This document shows positions 9,702 through 19,277 of a stretch of DNA of 20,000 bases, piece after piece. Below the pieces are notes generated by a model. The model was not told the DNA's origin. It worked only from the letters and a program-made list of their open reading frames with translations, and ran no database searches. Position 1 is the stretch's first letter. Each line of letters starts with the position of its first letter. The stretch lies in assembly GCA_000934665.2 (NCBI GenBank), contig KZ538518.1, positions 44,452 through 64,451 on the forward strand. Reading direction: 5' to 3'. The position numbers and the translations under genes were made by a program. This stretch comes from Catajapyx aquilonaris. Lineage: Eukaryota.

Positions 9702-9847
9702 TACACTGTTAGGGGTTTAACTGTCAGGTTTAACTTAGTTTGGATAAAGTTGTTAAGGACCAGTTTACAACTGTAGGTTTGATTGTGGTTGTAACCATCG
9801 GTCATGTATAACCTTCATGCATATTTAACTTTCACTTACCTTTTAAG

Positions 9848-9949
9848 GCTGCTGGCGATGCCCCAGCTGCTCCTGCAAAGGCTGAGGCTGAACCCATCCA
9901 GGCGGTGGCGGCAGACGCAGCTGGAGTGGCCTCCGGTGGCGAAGAGTAG
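9848..9949 (+). CDS. Terminal coding exon (AAGDAPAAPAKAEAEPIQAVAADAAGVASGGEE*)
   Basis: Acceptor tttaactttcacttaccttttaAG ends at 9847. Phase 0, 33 codons plus TAG (9947-9949). Same amino-acid bias as upstream exons. Confidence 0.9.
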   Translation, partial: AAGDAPAAPAKAEAEPIQAVAADAAGVASGGEE

Positions 9950-12160
9950 TGTTCCCACCCTCACCAGGGGAAACCAACGGTGTTTAACCTATCCCTTTGT
10001 CTGTACAGTCTTGAATGTTGCGAGACCATTCCACAACAACAACAGCATCTACGACAACTGCGACGACAACAACAAACACTACAACTACTCTATTGTGGGG
10101 CTTCTGGATTGGAATCATGACAGGCAAAAAACGAGAGAAAATGCACCGGTATTTTGATTCCTGATTTACGCCGACCCTAGTAACGATGCCAATGTGTGTA
10201 CGCGTTTATAAAATATCTTGCATTGCAGTAACGCGGGAAAAAAAATGAAGAAAAAGGGGGGAAGAAAAGCTAGTTCAGGGCACATGGCGATAAAGAAGGA
10301 AGAAGGTGCCTGTGCCTTTTTGGTTGGTAGATGGACTCTGTCATTTATTTTATAATTTACTTTTGTTCCACCATGCCCCAATATGCTACCCAATAACATC
10401 CCCAGCTCCCTTGCCTCCCACTGACAACTGAAAGTTGTATACGATAGCCCTCCACTAAACAGAAGGTAAAACTGCCCCAAGCCTTCCAATAATATTGCAT
10501 CAAGTTTTCATTGCTCATGAAAGTCGAATGGTCTGACGCTGCTATACAAAAATAGATACCATTTTTTTTGTTAGTTGGGGTTATAAAAACAAGTGAATGT
10601 GTGAAGAACAAAAAAACAACAAAAAAAGAATGAACAGAGAAGTTCAACATTAGAGTTCTTTTGTAGCATATTAAAATTATCCCAGGAATAAGCAAAATAC
10701 AGGAAGTATTAGGTTTTTTAAACTGTGGATAGCAGTGAGTTTGCTTTTTTTGGTCAATAAGTTAACATGTGATTTTTTTTCTCGTATTTTCCTATACCAA
10801 TTTCTACTGTACATTTTTGAGGACATTTTCATACATTGTATTACATCAATGCGTTTCCTACTTTAGCCGAAGTTATGGGAGTTTTGTGCCTGGAAAAATT
10901 TTCACACCACCAAACTGTAGTTGAATGTTCTTTTCTTATAATGAATAATTGCATGCATTGCAACCAAGTGTTAGAAAGAAGTGTGATTGGTCCATGTTGT
11001 TTTGGCAGCTCAACTCTGTGGCCATTTTCTACCCTAAGCCCCTCATTTTTACCAATGAAGTGAGAATTTTTTAGAGCGATTTAAGATAAGGTCATCCAGT
11101 CCCTAAATTTTTGTAACCCACTTGAGCAGGATTCATGTGGGCTGCAAAGCGAAAACCAAAATTCTTGTTTTACTGAAGTGGTGAATTCGGATCCCCCTTC
11201 CCTCCCCACTGGAACGTAGATATGTACACAACGAAAAAAAAAAAAAAAACCAAACAAATTGACACGAGACCAGACGGAGGTTTGACAGTTGTTGCGAAAT
11301 CCAGGCCAAGGACTAGCCTAGAGAATTTGAAAAAAAAATTTATATATATCTTACAAAAAATAACTAGGACAAGTTGTGGTCAAGTTGGTGTATTTAAAAC
11401 GAAAACCCAAAAAATGGTGTTCTTGTGTGTGTTTTGATGTGAGTGTTCATGCTGTGCAGGCTGAAAAAAAAAATGGGAAAAAATATATGAATTTTTTTTT
11501 TTGCTTTTCTTCCTATGAACTTGGTTGTTGTGGCATGCAAAGTATGAGGGAAAGTGGGAGAAATGGACTTTTTGGGAGGGGCTAGCGGGAGTGGGTAGGG
11601 AATGGGGGTACTGAGAGGGCTGAATTGTACTTTGCTCCACAATAACCTGGAAAAGATGCTCATCTCAAGTCGGTGCGTTCTAACCTTGCGGATGTGGCCC
11701 TCTTTGCACGCCAGTCGCGGCCTTCAGTCCTGATACTGGTGGCCGCGGGACCAATAGCAGCGGGAAATACAGGTGCTGGTCTGCGGAGGCGCACAAAAGG
11801 GGGCGGGCACTACAGGGTTAGGACGAGCCAACTTGATGCGACAAATGATTTTGCTTCCAGCTTTGTAAAATTCTTTCAGTGGTTTCAGGAGTCCTGTTGT
11901 AATACGAACTTTTTTGTATTCTTACTATTAATCTGGAAAAAAATACCATGTAGTGTGTATAGTGGTGCTTCCTCCCCATCCGGTCAATCTCAATGCACCC
12001 TTCCCATCGCCCCACCACCTACAAGGCCCAAGAAATCCCTCCCCCCTCCCAAAAATTTCCAACCACCCTAAAAATTGCCACCCAATAATCATAAATGCTG
12101 CTCTTGCTGATGTGTAAGAAATTCTCTAGATAGTGGAATAAAACCTTTGTTATAAGACGA
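9950..12160 (+). other. Probable long 3'UTR (~2.2 kb)
   Basis: Follows the stop codon, has many A and U tracts, contains no recognisable mobile elements and ends at a canonical AATAAA. The exact end is inferred. Confidence 0.6.
12137..12142 (+). terminator. Candidate polyadenylation signal AATAAA
   Basis: AATAAA followed ~25 nt later by a U-rich element (gtttttatt) and then a G-rich tract at 12178-12237. The mobile-element cluster begins shortly after. Confidence 0.6.
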
Positions 12161-12449
12161 TACCGTTTTTATTAATTGGGGGACGAGGATGGGATGTGTT
12201 GAGAAGGGAAGGGACTAGGGGCAGGTTGGGGGGAGGGCTTGCCTGGAGTTCATGCTCGAGGTGTGTAGATGTGATGGGACATGCATGCAACCTCTTGGTA
12301 ATGCTGGGTTCTTGATTCCTGAACTGTCATCTGAATTTTTGTTATTTTTTTTTGAAAAGTGAGAAGAAATTGTGACTGGGAGGGGGAACTACAGTTTTCA
12401 CCACATGAAACTCATGACCATTTCTGGAAGGTTACATGGTTGTTTCTAA

Positions 12450-13297
12450 CAAGGGAAGGTCACGGTGATAATGACGGATCTTGATAAAATTTAACATGCT
12501 AATACAGGACAATATAATTGATACCCAAAAATGAAATATTTCATGCGGAGGCCCATATTTGCAAAAGTTATGACGTCTTAAAAGTTCCAAAAAAAAAAAA
12601 ACCTTTTCATTGAGTTCATAATGGGATTACATTAGCGACCACATAATTGAAGGGTTCGGGAGAAGAAGGTGATAACTGATAACCCTCAAAATTAGTAGTT
12701 CCGCCATCTTGGAATATGTGGCTTGTTCCCTTTTACCTGCACTGCTTGCATGTATCAACTGCTCTTTGACATGCAGTCCTGCCCTCTCTGGTCTGTTTAG
12801 GAAACTAAACAACCTTCACAAAGGAAGCTCCAGGGGGCAGGATATCATTGCATTTAAAAACTTAATTACGACCCATTTGAGGGTTATCACCTTCTCCCGA
12901 ACCCTTCAATTATAAGACCACATTGAAGTGTGTAATCAGTTTCTACACTTGGTCTCATCGGAAAAAAGTCCTACATAACGGCTCTGTATCTCTTACGGTT
13001 TAGGCCTTGATACCTGTCCACAGACGGACGGATGGACAGAGCCGTTCTGTAGGACTTTTTTCCAATGAGAAAAAATTTGTAGAAACTGATTACACACTTC
13101 AATGTCATTATATGTGGTCACTAATGTAATCCCATTATGAATGAAAATGCATTATTTTTGGAACTTTAAGACGTCATAACTTTTGCAAATATGGGCCTCC
13201 GCACGAAATATTTCATTTTTGGGTATCATATATTGTCCTGTATTAGCATGTTAAATTTCATCAAGATCCGTCATTATCACCCCGTGACCTTCCCTTG
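12450..13297. mobile_element. Long-TIR non-autonomous DNA transposon (CAAGGG...CCCTTG, 3-bp TAA TSD; PIF/Harbinger-like by TSD)
   Basis: TAA|caagggaaggtcacgg ... ccgtgaccttcccttg|TAA. ~260-bp inverted arms (12450-12988 minus nested insert vs 13036-13297) around a ~50-bp spacer. Confidence 0.85.
12646..12910. mobile_element. 265-bp MITE with TA TSD nested in the left arm of the 12450-13297 element
   Basis: TA|attgaagggttcgggagaag ... cttctcccgaacccttcaat|TA. Absent from the right arm of the host, which is contiguous (accacata-taatgacattgaagtg in reverse complement). Confidence 0.85.
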
Positions 13298-13467
13298 TAA
13301 GTTAATATGCATGGTGGTATGGTACAGTAGAGTACAGTACACTCCTTGATTGATAAACCCAAACAAGTCATTCTCATGCTATTCATGCAGAATTACTTGC
13401 ATTGGATTTACCATTCATCATGCAACTGGCCCATAGGTGACACTTCCTATAATGGGGCAAGACTGTA

Positions 13468-13576
13468 CCTTATTATCTCACTTAAAACAGCATGCCGGTG
13501 TAGTTGAGGTCGACTGGATTTTAGAAATGCATGATCTGGTGGCTATACCGGCATGCCGGTCTAAGTGAGATGCAGG
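13468..13576. mobile_element. Degenerate ~110-bp palindromic MITE
   Basis: atctcactta...gcatgccggtgtag pairs with ctataccggcatgc...taagtgagat. TA at both ends. Confidence 0.6.
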
Positions 13577-13597
13577 TATAAGGTGAGGTTTTCTTAA

Positions 13598-13859
13598 CCC
13601 TTAACTGGCATCCTCATTTAGCCATGCTTAACTGGTAACGTGGGGTCCTTTTTGGACCCCAAGACGACTAGTGACCGTTTAAATGACGTTAACTCCCATT
13701 CGAAATTTTTTTCGTCGCTCATAATTTTTTTTCAGGTGCGAAAGAGTTTATTTCAGGAATATAGGTGTGGGAATTTTCATTTTGACAAAAACCTGCTTCA
13801 AGGTGGTGACATACGTATACCCTGGGGTCCAAAAAGGACCCCACGATACCAATTAAGGG
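13598..13859. mobile_element. piggyBac-like MITE
   Basis: TTAA|cccttaactgg at left and ccaattaaggg|taca at right (right TSD degenerate). Both arms carry the subterminal hairpin tggggtcc-N5-ggacccca (13641-13661, 13823-13843). Confidence 0.65.
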
Positions 13860-14093
13860 TACAGCATTATCACAATCTTGGTGAAAATTATTATTGTTAC
13901 TAAAACTAATGCATTGCACCATGTTCTATGGTGTGGATACAGCCCAGGACACTTCTATTGCCCGACACATCCCATAAGATAGTTCGTTACGTTCTTTCAC
14001 GGCAACATTTTCAATTAAGTGCAAAGCTGCAAGAAGGGAAGCATACCTACCAGGATATTTCATATTATGTTGGGTTTGGATTTTATTATCTGA

Positions 14094-14771
14094 CAAGGGA
14101 CATCTGGCAGGTGATAACGGATCTGGATGAACCTGAATATGCTAATGAAGGATAATATATGATAACCAAAAACGAAATATTTCATTCTGAAGCCCATATT
14201 TGCAAAAGTTATGACATGTTAAAGTGACAAAAATGGAACATTTCCACACACTGTGATTATGTTAGCGACCACATATATTGACATTGAAGTGTTTAATCAG
14301 TTTTATTGTACCAAATACACATGATTTAACTGTCATATAATTCATTTACACATAGCAGTTCACTTTTTAATGAATAGTTTAAACAGAAACCAATATTGCA
14401 ATGTATACAACAAATGAAGCTCATCTCATTACATGTAGCATACTAACTTGTCACTCGCTAAGTTGTCTAAGGCTCAAAGCAGAACTATTGGTGTGGTGAA
14501 TGGTGCATTTTGTATGACAGTTAAATAATGTGTATTTGGTACAAAAAAAACTCATTACACACTTCAATATCATTATACTGTATGTGGTTGCTAACATAAT
14601 CCTATTGCATATGGAAATGTACAATTTTTGTCACTTTAACACGTCATAACTTGCAAATATGAGCTTCAGCACAAAATATTTCATTTTTGGTTATCATAAT
14701 TATATTGTCCTTTATTATAATAGCATAATTATTCAGTTTCATCCAGATTATCACCTGCGATATTTCCCTTG
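14094..14771. mobile_element. Second, diverged member of the CAAGGG long-TIR family, TGA TSD
   Basis: TGA|caaggga ... tcccttg|TGA. Arms ~14094-14360 and ~14482-14771. Shares cccatatttgcaaaagttatgac, ttagcgaccacata and cattgaagtgt with the 12450 element. Confidence 0.85.
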
Positions 14772-15050
14772 TGAGTAATGAGGCTTCTCATAAGACAAAT
14801 TGGTACCACTACACAAAGTGATCCTCTGATTGCCAACGAGGTCTGCGACCAGCAAACTATTGAGCAAAACTAAGGCCTGAAGGAATTTGCCTGGGTCCTT
14901 TGTAATGTTTAGGTGGGGTTACCCTCTCAAAGCAGGCTGAATATGGGATTGGTCTATGTCCTGTGCAACAGATGCACTGGCACATTTTTAATTGTAAAAT
15001 TATTTTAGTACAGCACCAGATGCATTCCAAAAAAACTGACAAGGATCAAA

Positions 15051-15116
<66 letters not shown>
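15051..15116. repeat. (ATT)22 microsatellite
   Basis: Seen directly. Confidence 0.95.
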
Positions 15117-15117
<1 letters not shown>

Positions 15118-15118
<1 letters not shown>

Positions 15119-15145
15119 TAGCAGGATACCCGGCGTTGCTCGGGT
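15118..15145 (-). mobile_element. Helitron-type 3' terminus (hairpin + CTAG)
   Basis: Minus strand reads ACCCGAGCAACGCCGGGT-ATCCTG-CTAG|T: GC-rich subterminal hairpin, CTRR end and host T. The 5' end is not securely located. Confidence 0.75.
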
Positions 15146-15372
15146 TATGAAATACTTTTCCATGTAGGTGTAAGTCATTGATTTGGTAGTAACCTTTGAA
15201 ATAATTATGGCTATACAATGTTGGCATACCTGTTACATGGAGCATATTGCATGTGCATGAAGTCCAAACACCAAACTGCGGATGTCAGATTGTAAGAGAG
15301 AGTACACAATACGCCTTAAAAATCCAGCTAAAGTTTATAATGGAAAATTGAAGGTTGTGCAGTAAATGTAGG

Positions 15373-15512
15373 ATAGCATTGAAAGACCGGCACCTCTCTT
15401 AGTCATTCCCCAACCCCAAAATGGCCAATCTGGCCTGGATGACTGTGCCACAGGCAGCTGTGGGGTCGCTGGAGAACTCAAGGCCCACCACCACGTTAAG
15501 GTTAAGGTTAAG
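15373..15512 (-). mobile_element. Structured segment resembling the 5' end of RTE-clade LINEs / non-autonomous derivatives
   Basis: Minus strand (CTTAAC)3-GTGGTGGTGGGCCTTG...CCAGCGACCC...AGCT...GTCATCCA...GACTAAGAG. Strong base-pairing potential is seen directly; the resemblance to RTE 5' ends is from memory and not searched. Confidence 0.5.
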
Positions 15513-15609
15513 TAAAAATGCGGTAGGTGCATTTTTGAGGGAATTTTAAATTTTTGTGGCGAAACGCACCGTTAATCGGAAAAATCACGAAGAAGGTGCC
15601 CTGCGCCAA

Positions 15610-15648
15610 GTCAGCTATGTAGCTGCACAGGGCAGCTACATAGCTGAC
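15610..15648. repeat. Perfect 17-bp stem / 5-nt loop palindrome
   Basis: gtcagctatgtagctgc-acagg-gcagctacatagctgac. Confidence 0.9.
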
Positions 15649-15654
15649 GCGTTT

Positions 15655-15738
15655 TGGTGTCGTCAGCCATTTGCATTTCAATATGGCGGCACAATATGTG
15701 CACTTACCCCGGGTGTGCACTTCCCCCACTCCACCCTA
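15655..15738. mobile_element. Solo right arm of the 16283-16455 MITE family
   Basis: tggtgtcgtcagccattt...aatatggcggcacaatatgtgcacttaccccgggtgtgcacttcccccactccaccc|TA is nearly identical to 16374-16457. Confidence 0.8.
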
Positions 15739-16282
15739 ATTAAAAAAAAGTCATGTGGGAGTGATTCTATGTGCGTATTTATTAAAATGTGGTTTGTATA
15801 CTGTGACCCCATTTGTATGATTCAAATGATGACCTGCTCAGTAGCCTATTGGACCGACCTTTTCTTATTCGATGCATCCAGCTGGTCAGATCCAGCCGTC
15901 CGCTTGTCGTGCAGTGCGGACTGATGGAGCGGACCTCTTCGGTGTGCATATCATCGGTGTGCTTCGCTTCGATGTGCATCGGTGTGAAACTAGTGGCCTC
16001 AACGCATTGCCAGGTAATTAATACTAATAGTGATTAACATTCCTGCTTAAACCTGCATTTATCTGAAGTGATATGTTTCGTGCATCAAGTGGGCCACCTT
16101 TTTGTAATAATGGCAATATTTGAGTACGGTATGTCGCAGTGACCATATACATGTACGTACTGTAGTACATAATCTGTACGACGTGTAATTAGTGCAACAC
16201 TACAAGGTGCCAAATCTGCCAATTTGCACTATTTTTTTTATGTGCGTAACTCGAAGATCAGGTCAAATATGACATTTTATTA

Positions 16283-16455
16283 GGGTGAAGTGGGGGAAGT
16301 GCACACCCGGGGTACCCGGCCCGGGGTAAGTGCACATATTGTGCCGCCATATTGGAATGAAAATGGCTGAAAATGGTGTCGTCAGCCATTTTCATTCCAA
16401 TATGGCGGCACAATATATGCACTTACCTCGGGTGTGCACTTCCCCCACTTCACCC
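16283..16455. mobile_element. 173-bp palindromic MITE, TA TSD
   Basis: TA|gggtgaagtgggggaagtgcacaccc ... gggtgtgcacttcccccacttcaccc|TA. ~75-bp arms; a short duplication of cccggggta in the left arm. Confidence 0.88.
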
Positions 16456-17968
16456 TACGTGTATTTGAAACGCAGTCATATTGGTCATACTCAAGCTGCT
16501 TTAAAAATCCAATAATTATTAAATATGCCGCCCAATTTTTAACTGATATTGATTAATTGGCCCCTATACGTTTTATTTTCAGTGGCACTCCACGTAAAAT
16601 TTGGTTGCCAATATTTAAATAAAATTAAATGTCAGATGGGTAATAAATGCGTAGTCACAATAAGATCTAAATTTTACGAATACTATTTGCGTTTAAAAAA
16701 TTCATATCGCATCTGATAACTTGTATAACTAGGCAGCAATAAACACCGTTGTCAGTGACTGGTTTAAAAAAGATAAACTGAATTATGTGAGGCCATCATT
16801 ATTAAGTGCTTTTGTGAACAGAAAGTTTCAGAATTTTTATTGGCGTTTATGGATGACTTGTGAAAAATTAATGGTTAATTTGAACATATAATTATGTCGA
16901 TCCAAAAATAATTTTGCAAGTCTCATTTCAACAATTACTCGGTTGTCATTAGGCAACAATGAGACGGCTGTTATCTTCAAACCTAATAATCGTCAGTAAC
17001 TAGCCTATTTATGTCGAGTAGTTTTGATGAGAGCACCTATCGCATTGTTGCTTAATAACAATTAAGTAATTAAGTGACAGTTTAAAAATTATATCTGGAG
17101 AGACTATTATTTAGTTAATCGTTGAGTCAAGGTCATTCGCACACACTGATTTTTTAAATAGATTGCTCCTTCCTCAACAGTGCTTAAATATGTTTTTTTA
17201 AACATAATGCGGTTTATATTTTTAAATCCGGCATTGACATCAGTGTCATTATTACTACCTTATTATCAAATCGGGATTATTATATGCGATTTAGATAATT
17301 CAACACAAATGTTCGTGAAATTTAGGTCCCAATTGACTACATTTACGGAACCCTGGCATTTAACGTGGATTTAATATTAGGCAATTAAAAATGGTCTGTT
17401 CTCCAGATTTTGCGTGAATCTCACCTTATTTTCAGTGCCATTCAAATAAATTGTTGTGGTCAATTAATGATCAATCATCAAAGTTTTTGGCGACATTTAT
17501 TTTAAATTTTTGGACAGGTTGAGTTACCTTCTTGTAGAGTGGAATTGCGTTTCAAATGATGCATAATTATATATTAAATGTATGATTTGACCTGACCTTT
17601 TTGGAGTTAACGGTCCTTCAATAAGTGAGAACATTGGGAGGGAAAATGCGGTGAAAATTGGAGCATTTGACTCCCTATAATTTTGCTACCACATGTCGTA
17701 CTATACAGATAAACTATGTTACGTATACGTACGTGCACATACTTAAATGTGGTCAAAGGGTAGCAGTCGTAGCACTTTCGATGGGGAATGCATCTCATAT
17801 TATTAGTGTCATATGTTGCGTAATGCTTGTGTAATACATGTTGCTCTTATATTTGTTTCCAGTGCTCGGACAAAAATATCCTGCACGACCTTTCCATAAC
17901 CAATGACACCCCATGCGATTAATTCGTATGATTTCCCACATTTCATTTGTGACATATTGTTTTAACAT

Positions 17969-18355
17969 AATGGCTATATTTCAAGCAAATTGAGGGTAAA
18001 AAAATTTAGTAGCATTTCAGTTCAGACTGATCCCTGCATTTTGATAACAGCTGACTTGAGTTACATTGATTGGATCCACACTATAATTGCGTTTGACTTA
18101 ATTAACTACAACTGCTCTTATCTCCGTATTTAGCACTCAACTCTTGTATTTCAATTGGTTAATGGTTATATTTCAGGCAACTTGAAGGTAAAAACAGGTT
18201 GGTAGCATTTCAGTTCGGACTGATCACTGATGCATTTTGATAACAGCTGACTTGCATCTAAGCAAGGTACATTGATTGGATCGGATTGGATCCACACTAA
18301 ATTGATGCATTTGACTTAATTATTAATAACTGCTATTATTCACAGTATTTAGCAC
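17969..18355. repeat. Diverged tandem duplication of a ~190-bp unit
   Basis: Copies start aatgg(c/t)tatatttca at 17969 and 18161. They share gtagcatttcagttc, tgcattttgataacagctgacttg, gattggatccacacta and gtatttagcac. Confidence 0.85.
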
Positions 18356-18500
18356 GACTCCACTATGGCACCTCCATTGTCACCCTAATCTGAAAGGTCG
18401 TCGTCCCACTTAACTCTGACAACACGTCGTCGTTATACTGTACTGTACTGGTACAGCTCCGTCGATATCACACTACTACACTATAAAACCCAGTCGTCTT

Positions 18501-19277
18501 CGTCGTCCTCGACTGTACAGAGCGAGTGTACAACCCCCGTACTCATACAGTATATACAGTATGGGTACGAGGGGGTTGTATGTACAGTCCCCTCATACCA
18601 GTCATACTCATACTGTAACACACAATGCAACACCGTCGTCCTCGACTGTACAGAGTGTACAACCCCCGTACTCATACAGTATACAGTATGGGCACGAGGG
18701 GGTTGTATGTACAGTCCCCTCATACCAGTCATACTCATACTGTAACACACAATGCAACACCGTCGTCCTCGACTGTACAGAGTGTACAACCCCCGTACTC
18801 ATACAGTATACAGTATGGGCACGAGGGGGTTGTATGTACAGTCCCCTCATACCAGTCATAGCCTACTCATACTGTAATACAATGCAACACCGTCGTCCTC
18901 GACTGTACAGAGTGTACAACCCCCGTACTCATACAGCATACAGTATGGGTACGAGGGGGTTGTATGTACAGTCCCCTCATACCAGTCATACTCATACTGT
19001 AACACACAATGCAACACCGTCGTCCTCGACTGTACAGAGTGTACAACCCCCGTACTCATACAGTATACAGTATGGGCACGAGGGGGTTGTATGTACAGTC
19101 CCCTCATACCAGTCATACTCATACTGTAATACAATGCAACACCGTCGTCCTCGACTGTACAGAGTGTACAACCCCCGTACTCATACAGTATACAGTATGG
19201 GCACGAGGGGGTTGTACGTACAGTCCCCTCATACCAGTCATACTCATACTGTAACACAATGCAACACCGTCGTCCTC
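18501..19277. repeat. Satellite/minisatellite: 6 near-identical 125-133 bp units, each with an internal hairpin
   Basis: cgtcgtcctcg recurs at 18501, 18634, 18761, 18891, 19018, 19143 and 19268. Confidence 0.95.

Noticed and set aside
9804..10157. 117-aa ORF over the last exon
   Set aside because: Wrong frame. The phase-0 frame from 9848 gives the A/P/E-rich peptide ending at TAG 9949.
18501..19277. CRISPR-like array of palindromic repeats
   Set aside because: There are no unique spacers (whole units are near-identical), no cas genes, and the context is eukaryotic. It is a satellite.
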